A stretch of DNA of 64,000 nt, taken from positions 2,251 to 66,250 of the forward strand of contig CAZUJU010000012.1 of the NCBI GenBank assembly GCA_964620675.1, given 5' to 3'. This stretch comes from an uncultured Thiotrichales bacterium. Its GTDB lineage: Bacteria > Pseudomonadota > Gammaproteobacteria > UWMA-0217. Numbering within the stretch: the first letter of the stretch is position 1; each line of letters starts with the position of its first letter. The notes beneath the pieces are model-generated. The model made no database searches and was not told where the DNA came from. It saw nothing but the letters and a program-made list of their open reading frames with translations. The position numbers and the translations under genes are program-made. Of the stretch, positions 37,846 through 48,383 are shown piece by piece.

Positions 37846-37987
37846 GCTCGCTAACCTGTCACACTGGAATTTAAGTGCGTTCGCCTCTGGCCATCGCATC
37901 CGCGCCACTCTCCCGGCGCCAGCGCCTTGACCCGGTAAGCCGGCGACCGACGCGTGTCGGCACCGCTGATCGCGATCGGTACGCCAA

Positions 37988-38896
37988 TCAGAGGATGCGG
38001 CGCGGGATGGTGCGGAGGTGATCATCTCCCCTGCCGGATCCGCGAACGTTTGTGTGGGAGGTATCGGCAGATCGCAGGGATTGCTTTAATCCGCTCCACC
38101 CCAACTCCTCCAACGCCGTCCGCACGTGACCCGCACGCACCTGATTCGAGTCGTCGACAAAGGCCGCCGTCATCGCCGCATCCCCGAGCACATTGATCAG
38201 GCGCGGAATACCCTTGGCGGATTCATTGATGACTTCGATCGCGGTGGCCTCGAACAGCCCCTCGGACGGGGCGCCCGCCAGTCGCAAACGGTGTTCGATA
38301 TAAAGCGCACTTTCCTCGCCCGAAAGCGACTCAAGCTCATACTGTAAACGGACCCGCTGTGCGAACTGGCGCAGTTCTGGCGATGCCAGACGGTGCGCCA
38401 AGCTGGGTTGTCCGAACAGGATCAGATTGAAGACCTGCTTACCCGCGACCTGAATACCCGTTAGAAAACGCAACTCCTCTAGCACGCGTGCATCGAGATG
38501 CTGCGCTTCGTCGACGAGCAGCAATACACTTCGGCCCATGGTCTGCTGCTGAAACAGGATACGATTCAACTCCGTGATCAATTGCGCCTTGCCGAACGCA
38601 AACGCGGCGATCCCGAACCGCGCCAGAATCAACTTAAGAAATTCAATCTCATCGAGTTGCGTTTGGTGTATGACCATCGCGGTGACGGCACTAGGCAGCC
38701 GGTTCAATGCCTGCCGAATCAACGTAGTCTTCCCGCTCCCGGCCTCACCCGTCACCACCGCGATTCCATCGCGGTTCCAAACCGAATAAGCGAGCAACGC
38801 CTTGGCGCGGGCATGACCGAGACTCGAATAAAAAAAGGTCTCGTCCGGACGCAATTGAAATGGCGCCCGTTTCAGATCGAAATGTTTGAGGTACAT
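37988..38896 (-). CDS. ExeA/GspA-like AAA ATPase (PEP-CTERM-locus type secretion ATPase)
   Basis: Walker A GEAGSGKTTLIRQAL, Walker B LLLVDEAQHL, and N-terminal ...FDLKRAPFQLRPDETFFYSSLGHARA, typical of the ExeA family. Confidence 0.8.
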   Translation of the reverse strand: MYLKHFDLKRAPFQLRPDETFFYSSLGHARAKALLAYSVWNRDGIAVVTGEAGSGKTTLIRQALNRLPSAVTAMVIHQTQLDEIEFLKLILARFGIAAFAFGKAQLITELNRILFQQQTMGRSVLLLVDEAQHLDARVLEELRFLTGIQVAGKQVFNLILFGQPSLAHRLASPELRQFAQRVRLQYELESLSGEESALYIEHRLRLAGAPSEGLFEATAIEVINESAKGIPRLINVLGDAAMTAAFVDDSNQVRAGHVRTALEELGWSGLKQSLRSADTSHTNVRGSGRGDDHLRTIPRRIL

Positions 38897-39228
38897 CGTA
38901 TTGAATCAATGATGAAAGCATACTCAGTAAGTTGCCACGTAAGTCATCGCGATACGCGCGGACATTGTGGGCGCCATCGGGCGCCACCCGACAAGCGAAT
39001 CGGCACTCTCACTTGGCCGACCGTTATCGATACACGTTTCACTCAGACCTTCCGTGGTGGAGACGCCTCCCTTGTTTTCCGGGCAAACCGGCGAATCCTT
39101 GATTGTGACCCGAAGCCGCAGGGTAAGTTCTCGCCACCGCACCAACGCCCATCTAACGAGCGATGTTCAACCGCGAAACCGCGAACTTGCTCTCATCGCG
39201 TTGTACTCCGCCGCGACGGTAGGTCGCA

Positions 39229-40710
39229 TCAATGCGCACCTTTACCAAATAAGACGACTTCAACGGTTTGCAGAAGTATGTATAGATCAAACATTAGACT
39301 ATGGTTTTTGGTGTAATATAGGTCATACTGGAGCTTTTCCATCGCATCGCGATCGGAGGCGCCATAGGGATAGTTGATTTGTGCCCAACCCGTAATACCT
39401 GGTTTTACACGGTGCCGCTCGTTGTAGTAGGGGATTTTCTGCGCCAGCGTTCGCACAAACTCAGGACGCTCTGGACGCGGACCCACGAAACTCATATGTC
39501 CGATCAACACATTGAGCAACTGCGGCAGTTCGTCGATGCGCAACTTGCGGATGATTTTGCCAACGCGCGTAATGCGATCGTCGTCCTTGCTCGCCCACTG
39601 CGGCGCACGGCCTTTTTCCGCGTCGACACGCATGCTGCGAAACTTGAGAATTTCGAAATCCGCGCCCGATTTGCCGACCCGGACCTGGCGGTAAAATACC
39701 GGAGCGTTCCAGCCTTCTTCAAGTTTGATTGCAACTGAGGCCAGAACCATGACCGGCCACGTCAGCAACAGCAATATCGAGCTGGCAAGAATATCGAACA
39801 CCCGCTCCAACGCATTCCCCAACCAGCTGCGCCCGAAACCCTCCTCGAAAATCAACCAGCTCGGCGTCAAAAGATCAAGCCGAACCTTGCCCTCCGTTTC
39901 CTCAAAAAACGAAGGTAATTCCAAGACATCGATGCCACTGAGCCGGCAATCCAGCAGATCATCGATGGGCAGGCCGTGACGGCGGTCATCAACTGCAATC
40001 ACGATTTCGTTGATGCCCTGACGCCGCGCATACTGCGCCAAGGGCATATCCGGGGTCACGACGTTTCCGGCATCGACCGCCTCGGGCTCCCCGGCAACCG
40101 GAACGAAGCTGACGATCGAGAAGCCGTGCTGCTCAAGCGCCGGCATGAGCGCCTCGACATTTGCCGCACGCATCCCCGATCCATACACCAGCACGCGCTT
40201 GTTCGGAATATGGTGTCGAATGAGTCGCATGTAGGTCATTCGCACCAGTAGCAACAATGCCAACGATGCAAACATCGCCATGAACAGCGCACCGCGACCA
40301 AGGAAGAACGTCGGCATCGCGTAAATCACGAGGATATACAGGACGATACCCACGATATGACTCAGCGCGACCCGTAGGTAAATGCCACCTTTTTTCAGGG
40401 CAAGGCTACGGACACTGTAGAGCCCCATCGACATGAGACTCAGCAACATTACCGAGGCGAACAAGATCGCCTTAGGCATGAGCGGGCCGGTGAGATCCTC
40501 GATATGGCTCAAATTCATAAAGCGCCAGGACTCAAATGAATCCATAAAGCGCAAAACGACGCCGAAGTAGAACGACGCCACAAGTACGAGCGATTCAAGC
40601 GCGGCCAACACAATATGTCGCCCGGGAACCTGTTCCTTAAATATCGAAACGCTTTTCACGATTGCTTTTAGAGTGTGTGTTCGGGGAGTAGGCAGCGACG
40701 ATGTAACCAA
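39229..40710 (-). CDS. Undecaprenyl-phosphate hexose-1-phosphate transferase (priming phosphoglycosyltransferase, WbaP/EpsB-like bacterial sugar transferase)
   Basis: Four or five N-terminal TM helices, then a C-terminal catalytic domain: ...KFRSMRVDAEKG...DELPQLLNVLIGHMSFVGPRPERPEF...KPGITGWAQINY (Bac_transf signature). Confidence 0.85.
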   Translation of the reverse strand: MVTSSLPTPRTHTLKAIVKSVSIFKEQVPGRHIVLAALESLVLVASFYFGVVLRFMDSFESWRFMNLSHIEDLTGPLMPKAILFASVMLLSLMSMGLYSVRSLALKKGGIYLRVALSHIVGIVLYILVIYAMPTFFLGRGALFMAMFASLALLLLVRMTYMRLIRHHIPNKRVLVYGSGMRAANVEALMPALEQHGFSIVSFVPVAGEPEAVDAGNVVTPDMPLAQYARRQGINEIVIAVDDRRHGLPIDDLLDCRLSGIDVLELPSFFEETEGKVRLDLLTPSWLIFEEGFGRSWLGNALERVFDILASSILLLLTWPVMVLASVAIKLEEGWNAPVFYRQVRVGKSGADFEILKFRSMRVDAEKGRAPQWASKDDDRITRVGKIIRKLRIDELPQLLNVLIGHMSFVGPRPERPEFVRTLAQKIPYYNERHRVKPGITGWAQINYPYGASDRDAMEKLQYDLYYTKNHSLMFDLYILLQTVEVVLFGKGAH

Positions 40711-40789
40711 GCGCTCGCGCGAAAACTGGAAGAAGTCTCGCGATCAATACTGGTCAGCACCCGCTTCGCAACGGCTCACGCGACTTACC

Positions 40790-41260
40790 CTAACGATTGA
40801 ACGGAGCGGCGACCAAACCGTCGAACTCGCGCTCTCGGTGCGCGGCTGCCACCGCAACCGAACGAGGCAACGACCCGAGACCTTTTTCGAGAAAGGTCCG
40901 CCCGTCGTCTACAAAGGTGAATCGCAATGTCGTTTGCTCGCGCGTGGCGGAATCGATAAACACCGGGAACCGCAACCGATGCGGAATATCGCCATCGGCC
41001 CCTACTGCGAATTCGACTTGCAGAAACGCACGAGCCGGCAATGTGTCGAGCAAACAGGGAATTACGACGCCATCGGCACGCACCTCAATGGCCTTGCACT
41101 CCATCAACGGAAACGAATGGCAGAGAATCTTGACTGAAACCTCGCGCATGCCGGCCAGCGCCCGGCGTTGAAAAGCCTCGCGCAAGGCTGCCGCCTCGGA
41201 CGTTTCCGAAGCCCCGCCCAATGCAATGTCTGGGATCACCCAGGAATTTATGATTGTCAT
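40790..41260 (-). CDS. Hypothetical protein (156 aa from internal Met), first gene of the polysaccharide operon direction
   Basis: Internal Met MTIINSWVIPDIALGG... of ORF 40790..41416. A weak PilZ-like RxxxR...DxS pattern (HRLRFPVFIDSATR) is unconfirmed. Confidence 0.4.
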   Translation of the reverse strand: MTIINSWVIPDIALGGASETSEAAALREAFQRRALAGMREVSVKILCHSFPLMECKAIEVRADGVVIPCLLDTLPARAFLQVEFAVGADGDIPHRLRFPVFIDSATREQTTLRFTFVDDGRTFLEKGLGSLPRSVAVAAAHREREFDGLVAAPFNR

Positions 41261-41670
41261 AGTTATCGACCGTCCGCGGAAATATGGAGTACCTTTTCGA
41301 GCGTTACCGTACGGGCTGTTGCTCGCGCCAACACCGCACCCCTCAAGTAGTGCACACGAAAAAACTCTGACATCTTGTCCCAACCGCCGCCAAACTGCCG
41401 CGCGTAAGGACGGCAACTAAGCGGTAAGCGCGATCACCATCGCGTTCACTACTTGTGAGCTTAGGCAGGGCACCATGAGAAAAGTTCAGTACCAAACCCC
41501 GATTCGCGGCTCGAAACACTTGAGCATTTAGGGCATTATGTGATAGTGACAACGAAAGTTCGGTTCCTTCGAGCAAGAGCCCACGCTCACCGCGGTTAGA
41601 ACCTCGTCTGCCACGTTCGTCCATCGCACCGGTTCTGATCGACCGTAGCCCATCCTTGAGGAGCGCCTTC

Positions 41671-42366
41671 ATGCCGATCAATATTCAAAGCTTCCTGCAA
41701 GCCGTGCTGACGTCGGAGCAACTGCGCGGGGCGGATCAGAAGCGTCGGCCGTTGTGTTCCGGATGCGTCGTCACGCTCTCGCGCGAACGCGGTACCGGTG
41801 GGGGTAAAATCGCGGCCGCCCTCGCGAAGTATCTGAATATTCCGCTTTTCGACAAGTCGCTGCTGGACGCGATAGAACTCGAAAGCGGCATTGCCGCGGA
41901 GAAGTTGAAGGCGATCGACGAACAGTTGCGCGGGATGCATACGAACTGGCTTGAACTGCTGTGGACCAACAAGCCCGAGATCCAGGCCAAATATCAGAAA
42001 AATCTCGTCAATATCATTCTCGGGGTGACCCGCACCGGGGGCGTGATTGTCGGTCGCGGCGCAAACTTTATCCTTGGCACACACGCTTTGAAGGTCCGAA
42101 TCGTCGGTTCGCGCGATCGCCGCGCGGAGTGGATAGTCGAACAGGAGGGTCTCGATCTTGAGACCGCGCGGCGACAGATCGAGCGGGTCGATGGCGATCG
42201 TGAAGGATTCTGCAAGGCCCTCTACAACCGCGACTCACGCGACCCAGTTCACTACGACCTCGTCGTCAATACCGATCGCTTCAACCAGACTCAGGCGGTG
42301 GACCTGATCGCGGAGGCGATGCATCTTGCCGCCCTCACATCGATGCATCGCGAGCCAGTGGGATAG
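41671..42366 (+). CDS. Cytidylate kinase-like family protein (P-loop NTPase)
   Basis: ...VVTLSRERGTGGGKIAAALAKYLNIPLFDKSLL... (P-loop GTGGGK) with cytidylate-kinase-2-like length and layout. The start is the internal Met (MPINIQSF). Confidence 0.6.
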   Translation: MPINIQSFLQAVLTSEQLRGADQKRRPLCSGCVVTLSRERGTGGGKIAAALAKYLNIPLFDKSLLDAIELESGIAAEKLKAIDEQLRGMHTNWLELLWTNKPEIQAKYQKNLVNIILGVTRTGGVIVGRGANFILGTHALKVRIVGSRDRRAEWIVEQEGLDLETARRQIERVDGDREGFCKALYNRDSRDPVHYDLVVNTDRFNQTQAVDLIAEAMHLAALTSMHREPVG

Positions 42367-42414
42367 CATGCCTTTCGACATTCGTGGCTCCGGCACGGTG
42401 ACGCAAGCTCGTGT

Positions 42415-42960
42415 TTAAATCCGCCGCAACAAACCAAATCCAACCTCGCCCGCGCGCAGTTGCCGCCAGTAATTTAGTTCCTCGGGGATGCACGGTGGCT
42501 GGGACGCGGGGAACTCGACGTAGCACAGGCCCGTTCGCGCCCATCCGGGCCAATCGACGAGGGGTTCAAGGCATTGCTGCAGCAGGTCGGAGGCGAACGG
42601 GGGATCGAGGAAGATCAGATCGTACGGCATCGTCGAGTTGGCGCCGTCCGCGAGGAAGTTAAGCGCCGACATTTGCCGTAGCGTCACTTGATCCGCCTGG
42701 AAGCGGGCGGCGGATTGGCGCAATTGCGCGACCGTCGCCGGATGCTGCTCAACCAGCGTCACCGCGCTGGCGCCGCGCGAAGCCGCTTCGAACCCCAGTG
42801 CGCCGCTCCCGGCGAATAAATCCAGGCAGCGAGCGCCATTGAGATGCGGCTGCAACCAATTAAATAACGTTTCTCGAATCCGATCGCCGGTTGGCCGCAG
42901 CCCGTCCGCCTCCTGAAATTCGAGGAATCGCCCACGCCACTGCCCGGCAATGATTCGAAC
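42415..42960 (-). CDS. rsmD: 16S rRNA (guanine966-N2)-methyltransferase
   Basis: VRIIAGQWRGRFLEF...DLFAGSGALGFEAASRGA...LIFLDPPF are RsmD signature motifs. A probable GTG start (VRIIAG) avoids overlap with the upstream M16 gene. Confidence 0.8.
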   Translation of the reverse strand, partial: VRIIAGQWRGRFLEFQEADGLRPTGDRIRETLFNWLQPHLNGARCLDLFAGSGALGFEAASRGASAVTLVEQHPATVAQLRQSAARFQADQVTLRQMSALNFLADGANSTMPYDLIFLDPPFASDLLQQCLEPLVDWPGWARTGLCYVEFPASQPPCIPEELNYWRQLRAGEVGFGLLRRI

Positions 42961-42988
42961 CCGGGAGGATCGTACCGGTCGCGACGAA

Positions 42989-44293
42989 CTACCCCCCGTC
43001 GCCACCGACCACAACCGTTACCAAGGTATCCGGGTTCACATGGCGCGCAAAAATCGCACCGATATCTTCACGCGTCACCGCCTCGACCCGCGCCGTGAAA
43101 GTATCGAGATAATTGAGCGGAAGATCGTAAAATCCGATCACCGCCAAATATTCAACGATGCTTGAATTACTTGCGACGCGCAGCGGAAACCCGCCGGTAA
43201 TATTCAGTTTCGAGGCCTCAATTTCGGCGTCGTCGGCGGACTTCGCAATAAACCCAGTCAGGGTTTCGCGCACGACCGCGATCGCGTCGTCGACCTGGTT
43301 GCCACGGGTTTGCAGGCCGATCTGGAACGGCCCCTTATCCGCCATCGGGCTGAAATTGCTGTAGACCGAATACGCGTACCCGCGCTTGACGCGAACTTCC
43401 TTGACCAGGCGCGAGGTAAAACCGCTTCCGCCCAGCACATGATTGCCAAGGTAAAGCGCATACCAGTCGGGATTGCCACGCTCGACCCCGGGTTGCCCGA
43501 TCAGCACGTGGGCCTGTTTAGAGGGGAACTCGACCTTGATTGTCGCCGCCTCCCGCAACGGCATCACGACGGGAACCGGCGCTGGCAGCTCGCCTTTTGG
43601 TAAACCGCCACTCAAGGTCTCCGCGAGTTGCTCCGCGACCTTGCGCTCCAGCGCGCCGGTGATCGCGATCAAACCGTTTGCCGCGCTGTAATACCGCTTA
43701 TGAAACGCGCGCAGCTGCTCGCGCGTGAGCGCCTCGACGCTCGTTGCGGTGCCCTTGGTCGGGCTCGCGTAGGGGTGATCGCCGTAAACCGCCTTGTAGT
43801 AAGCCTTGCTCGCGATCGAGCTCGGATCGGCCTCCTCGGCTTTGAGCGCAACCAGGGTCTGATTCTTCACGCGCGCCAGGTCACGTTCCGGAAAATCTGG
43901 CTGCCACAGAACCTTGGCGAAGGTTTCCAGCGCGGGCTGAATATAATCGGGATCGGTCAGCGAGCGCAGGCTCAACCACGCCATATCACGCAGCGCGCCA
44001 AGACCGAACTGCGCGCCGACGCTTTCAAACGACTCGGCGATCGCGTCGGCGCTCATGCCGCCGGCGCCTTCGTTGAGCATCCCGTTGGTCAGCACTGCGA
44101 GCCCGGCCGCCCCGGCGTCGCGCGCACTGCCGGCCGAGAAGGTGACCCGGATGTCGACCATCGGCAACTCGGGTGCGACAACAAAATACACCCGCATGCC
44201 GTTCGACGTTTGCCAATGTTCGATCTTTGGTCCGGCGTGTGTCGCCACAGTCCAGCTCAGCACCAACGCGATCGCGAATATTCTCAATATCAT
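42989..44293 (-). CDS. M16 family zinc peptidase, non-catalytic-type subunit (signal peptide)
   Basis: 434 aa with M16 N- and C-domains but no HxxEH motif. It is paired with the upstream catalytic M16, and the pair sits between rsmD and ftsY as in pseudomonads. Confidence 0.8.
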   Translation of the reverse strand: MILRIFAIALVLSWTVATHAGPKIEHWQTSNGMRVYFVVAPELPMVDIRVTFSAGSARDAGAAGLAVLTNGMLNEGAGGMSADAIAESFESVGAQFGLGALRDMAWLSLRSLTDPDYIQPALETFAKVLWQPDFPERDLARVKNQTLVALKAEEADPSSIASKAYYKAVYGDHPYASPTKGTATSVEALTREQLRAFHKRYYSAANGLIAITGALERKVAEQLAETLSGGLPKGELPAPVPVVMPLREAATIKVEFPSKQAHVLIGQPGVERGNPDWYALYLGNHVLGGSGFTSRLVKEVRVKRGYAYSVYSNFSPMADKGPFQIGLQTRGNQVDDAIAVVRETLTGFIAKSADDAEIEASKLNITGGFPLRVASNSSIVEYLAVIGFYDLPLNYLDTFTARVEAVTREDIGAIFARHVNPDTLVTVVVGGDGG

Positions 44294-44305
44294 GCTCGAC
44301 TCCTG

Positions 44306-45724
44306 TTATCCGTGACGATCGCGGCCATTGCCCTTCATGGGACGCTGTGGCGGCGCCGACTCATCGATTGGCACCGGAACCAACTCGGCGACCGTGCGAT
44401 TGTCCTCGATCAGATACTTCCGTGCGACTTCACGTACCTGTTCGGCGGTGATGGCCTTGATCCGCGCCGCGTATTCGTCGAGCAGACGCCAGCCCAGCCC
44501 GACCGATTCCAACGCGCCGATCTGGTTCGCCTGCCCCTGCACGGAGTCGAGTTGATAGGTTTCGCTTGCGATAACCTGGGCTTTGATCCGGTTCAACTCA
44601 GCGTCGGGCACCCGGTCGGTGCGTACCCGCTCGATTTGCGCGTACAGCGACTGCTCCAACGCGGCGATCTCTTGTCCTGCGGCGGGCGTGGCATCGAGCA
44701 AAAACTGACCACTGTATTTGCCCGAAACGCGGTAGCTCGCGTCCGCGCTGCTCGCGATCTCGGCGCCTCGGACCAACTCACGGGTCAGGCGCGAACTCGA
44801 TCCATCACCCAACACGCCTGCCAGGACCTTTAGCGCGAATGGCTCCCACGCCAGGTCCGGCGCCACGGTGTTCAACACCGGCACATGGTAGCCGACCAGC
44901 AAGTACGGCACTTTGGCTGGGGCCTTGACTCTGATGCGGCGTTCACCGCGTTGGTTCACCTCGATCCGCGGCTTGAGCGCAGGAATCGAATCCGCCGCCG
45001 GAATGGCGCCGAAATAGCGCTCCGCCAATTTGAATACCGCCTCCGGTTCAACGTCACCCACGACCACCAAGGTGGCGTTATTGGGCTGGTACCAGTGTTC
45101 GTACCAATGCCGCAAGTCATCGATCTCGAGATGATCAAGATCGGTCATCCAGCCGATGACTGGATGCTGGTAAGGGCTGTTAAGATAAGCGGTGGCGATA
45201 AAATGCTCGTAAGCCAGCGCCGTCGGTTCGTCGTCGGTGCGCATCAGGCGCTCCTCCTTCACCACTTCGAGCTCGCGCGCAAACTCGTCCGCGGGCAGTG
45301 CAAGATTGCGCATCCGGTCGGCCTCGAGCTTGAACGCGATCTCCAATCGGTCGCTGCCGAGAAACTGGTAATAAGCGGTGTAGTCGCGGCTGGTAAACGC
45401 GTTTTCCTGCCCCCCGTTCGCGGCGATGATCTCGGAAAAGCGCCCACCCGGGTAGGCCTCGGTCCCCTTGAACATCATGTGTTCGAGCACATGCGAGATC
45501 CCGGTGTAACCATTGGGTTCGCTGCTCGAACCGACCCGATACCAGACCTGCGAGATCGCAACTGGCGCGCGGTGATCGGTCCGCACGATTACCTTCATGC
45601 CATTGTCGAGCATGCGCTCCACGGTCGGTGCGGTCGCGATCACAACGCCGACCGGCCAAGCCAGCGACAAACCGATAGCGGTGGTCGCGACAAGTCGTCC
45701 AAAAGTGTTCATATGCCTGATCAT
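44306..45724 (-). CDS. M16 family zinc metallopeptidase (pitrilysin/insulinase-like), catalytic HxxEH
   Basis: GISHVLEHMMFKGT (HxxEH zinc site) and downstream ...EVVKEERLMR (catalytic Glu region). The start is the internal Met MIRHMNTFGRLVATTAIGLSLA (signal peptide). Confidence 0.8.
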   Translation of the reverse strand: MIRHMNTFGRLVATTAIGLSLAWPVGVVIATAPTVERMLDNGMKVIVRTDHRAPVAISQVWYRVGSSSEPNGYTGISHVLEHMMFKGTEAYPGGRFSEIIAANGGQENAFTSRDYTAYYQFLGSDRLEIAFKLEADRMRNLALPADEFARELEVVKEERLMRTDDEPTALAYEHFIATAYLNSPYQHPVIGWMTDLDHLEIDDLRHWYEHWYQPNNATLVVVGDVEPEAVFKLAERYFGAIPAADSIPALKPRIEVNQRGERRIRVKAPAKVPYLLVGYHVPVLNTVAPDLAWEPFALKVLAGVLGDGSSSRLTRELVRGAEIASSADASYRVSGKYSGQFLLDATPAAGQEIAALEQSLYAQIERVRTDRVPDAELNRIKAQVIASETYQLDSVQGQANQIGALESVGLGWRLLDEYAARIKAITAEQVREVARKYLIEDNRTVAELVPVPIDESAPPQRPMKGNGRDRHG

Positions 45725-45781
45725 CTTCCGAGATGTTAGGATTAGCGGGTTAACCCCGAGCGCCCCTAGAGTACGCGACTG

Positions 45782-46777
45782 ATGTTCGGATTCAAGAAGA
45801 CCCCGCCCACCGCACCGCAATCACCGGCTGAAGGTCAGGAGAAAAAAGGCCTGTTCGCGCGTCTGCGCGCGGGTCTCGCCAAAACGGGACACACGCTCAC
45901 CGACGGCATGAGCGAAGTCCTACTCGGGCGCAAAGCGATCGATGACGAACTGTTCGAAGAACTCGAAACCCGTCTGCTGGTCGCCGACGTCGGCATGGAC
46001 GCCACCCAACGCATCATCGATGACATCACGCAACGGGTGCGGCGCAAGGAACTCACGGAACCCGGTGCGCTTTACCGCACGCTCGGCGAAGTGATGCAGG
46101 AACGCCTCGCCCATTGCGAACACCCGCTCCAGATCGACCTGAGCCGCAAGCCGTTCGTCATTCTGGTCGTCGGCATCAACGGCGCCGGCAAGACCACCAC
46201 GATCGGCAAGCTGGCGCACCAGCTCCGGGCCGAGGGCCTGAGCGTGATGCTCGCGGCCGGCGATACCTTCCGCGCCGCCGCCGTCGAACAACTCCAGGTC
46301 TGGGGTGAGCGCAATCATATCCCGGTCATCGCCCAGGGCACCGGCGCGGACAGCGCTTCGGTGATCTTCGACGCGCTGCAGGCCGCCCAATCGCGCGGCA
46401 TCGATGTCCTGATCGCCGACACCGCCGGGCGCCTGCATACCCAGGACCACCTCATGGAAGAGCTGAAAAAGGTCAAGCGCGTGTTGACCAAACGCGACCC
46501 CTCGGCACCACATGAGACCTTGCTGGTGATCGACGGCGGAATCGGACAGAACGCGCTACGCCAAACCGAAGCTTTTCACGCCGCGATTCACCTGACCGGA
46601 CTGGCCGTCACCAAGCTTGACGGCACCGCCAAGGGCGGCATCCTGTTCGCGATCGCCGAGAAGCATAAAATCCCGATACGGTTGATCGGCGTCGGCGAAG
46701 GCATTGAGGATCTGCGCACGTTTCGTAGCGCCGAGTTTGTACAGGCGCTACTAGGATTGGAACAGGATCCCGCATGA
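45782..46777 (+). CDS. ftsY: Signal recognition particle receptor
   Basis: NG domain: ILVVGINGAGKTTTIGKLA, DTAGRLH, TKLDGTAKGG. Confidence 0.9.
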   Translation: MFGFKKTPPTAPQSPAEGQEKKGLFARLRAGLAKTGHTLTDGMSEVLLGRKAIDDELFEELETRLLVADVGMDATQRIIDDITQRVRRKELTEPGALYRTLGEVMQERLAHCEHPLQIDLSRKPFVILVVGINGAGKTTTIGKLAHQLRAEGLSVMLAAGDTFRAAAVEQLQVWGERNHIPVIAQGTGADSASVIFDALQAAQSRGIDVLIADTAGRLHTQDHLMEELKKVKRVLTKRDPSAPHETLLVIDGGIGQNALRQTEAFHAAIHLTGLAVTKLDGTAKGGILFAIAEKHKIPIRLIGVGEGIEDLRTFRSAEFVQALLGLEQDPA

Positions 46778-47439
46778 TCGAACTGCGCCACCTCGGCAAA
46801 CGCTACGCCAGCGGCCACGAGGCCCTGCTCGACATCAATCTCGACATTCACAGCGGTGAGTTCGTGTTCCTGACCGGACGCTCCGGCGCCGGCAAGAGCA
46901 CCTTGCTCAAACTGCTTGCGCTGATCGAACGGCCGACCCGCGGCAGCCTCAAGGTCAATGGGCATGAAGTCTCGAAACTGCCGGCGCTATCCGTGCCGCG
47001 GTACCGCCAAAATATCGGCATCATCTTTCAGGATCATCGCCTGCTGCCGGACCGCAGCGTGTTTGAAAACGTGGCGCTGCCCCTGCGAATCACCGGCCTC
47101 GAAACACGGGTCGTCACCAAACGCGTGCACGCCGCGCTCGAAAAGGTCGGCTTGCTTCACAAGGAACGCGCGTTGCCCATGACGCTGTCGACCGGGCAGC
47201 AGCAACGGGTCGGCGTGGCCCGCGCGATTGTGAACAAACCCGCGGTGCTGCTTGCGGACGAGCCCACCGGAAACCTCGATCCGGGTTTGTCGGAGGAGAT
47301 CATGCAGCTGTTCGTCGACTTCAATCAGGTCGGCGTGACGGTGATCATCGCCACCCATGACCCGCAACTCATCGATCGCTTCGGCGAACGCATCCTCGAA
47401 CTCGACTACGGTCGCCTGAAAACCGATCTCACGTTATGA
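46774..47439 (+). CDS. ftsE: Cell division ATP-binding protein
   Basis: ABC ATPase: GRSGAGKSTLL, LSTGQQQRVGVARAI, LLADEPTGNLD. It overlaps ftsY by 4 nt. Confidence 0.9.
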   Translation: MIELRHLGKRYASGHEALLDINLDIHSGEFVFLTGRSGAGKSTLLKLLALIERPTRGSLKVNGHEVSKLPALSVPRYRQNIGIIFQDHRLLPDRSVFENVALPLRITGLETRVVTKRVHAALEKVGLLHKERALPMTLSTGQQQRVGVARAIVNKPAVLLADEPTGNLDPGLSEEIMQLFVDFNQVGVTVIIATHDPQLIDRFGERILELDYGRLKTDLTL

Positions 47440-48383
47440 GCACCCGACTGCATCGCCGCAGCTTTAGCGCCCGCTTGCAAGCCTATCTGCGCCAACACGC
47501 GCAGGCCCTGCGCCGCGCGTTGCAAAACCTCGCGCGGGCGCCTCTGAGTAATCTGGTGACGTTGGTCGTTCTCGCGATCGCGTTGGCGTTGCCGACCGGA
47601 CTCTATATCGCAGTCACCAACCTTAAGGCGGCCTTCGAACACTGGGAAGGACGCCAACTGAGTCTCTTCGTAAAGCAGCACGTGACCGATCAACAACTCC
47701 CGACGCTCGCCGCTCGGCTGCGTGAACGGGATGACATCGCCAAAGCCGAAGTGATGACCCGTGACCAATCACTGCAGGAGTTTCGCCGCACCAGCGGGCT
47801 CGGCGACGCAATCGATCTGCTCGATGAAAATCCGCTCCCCGCGGTACTGCTGGTGATGCCGGACGCGCAGGTTCAGGCCGCGCTCGATCTGCGCGCGCTC
47901 GCTGACGATCTGCGTCAGCTCCCCGAAATCGATCAGGTCGTGCTCGATCAGGAATGGCTCGAAAAGCTGTTCGCGCTGGTGGTGACGATCGAACGCGTCA
48001 TCCTGGTGATCGCACTGTTTTTCACGGTGCTGCTCGCGCTTGTCATTACGCTGGTCTTGCGCCTGGAACTGGTCCGACACCACCAGGAGGTCGAAGTCAC
48101 CAAGCTGGTCGGGGGCAGCAATGCCTTTATTCAACGGCCGTTCCTTTATGCCGCGCTGTTGCTGGGATTCGCTGCGGCGTTGCTCGCGCTCGCCATCGCC
48201 TGGTTCACGTTCGACGCGCTGGAAGGTCCATTGTCACACTTCGTGTCGCTGTACGGCGGAGAAATCGCGCTGAAAATGCCAGCTCAGGTCGGGCTAACCT
48301 TGATTGCAGGCACCTCGCTCATCAGCCTGATCGCGGCTTGGGCCGCGATGAAGCTCCTGTTGTGGCGGATCGAGCCGAACTGA
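47436..48383 (+). CDS. ftsX: Cell division permease
   Basis: Four TM helices with a periplasmic domain. It overlaps ftsE by 4 nt. The layout is FtsX-like. Confidence 0.9.
   Translation: MSTRLHRRSFSARLQAYLRQHAQALRRALQNLARAPLSNLVTLVVLAIALALPTGLYIAVTNLKAAFEHWEGRQLSLFVKQHVTDQQLPTLAARLRERDDIAKAEVMTRDQSLQEFRRTSGLGDAIDLLDENPLPAVLLVMPDAQVQAALDLRALADDLRQLPEIDQVVLDQEWLEKLFALVVTIERVILVIALFFTVLLALVITLVLRLELVRHHQEVEVTKLVGGSNAFIQRPFLYAALLLGFAAALLALAIAWFTFDALEGPLSHFVSLYGGEIALKMPAQVGLTLIAGTSLISLIAAWAAMKLLLWRIEPN

Noticed and set aside
41261-41655. JUMPstart/ops element (GGCGGTAG) upstream of the polysaccharide operon
   Set aside because: No match to the ops 8-mer or its complement was found in the operon-upstream region by manual search.
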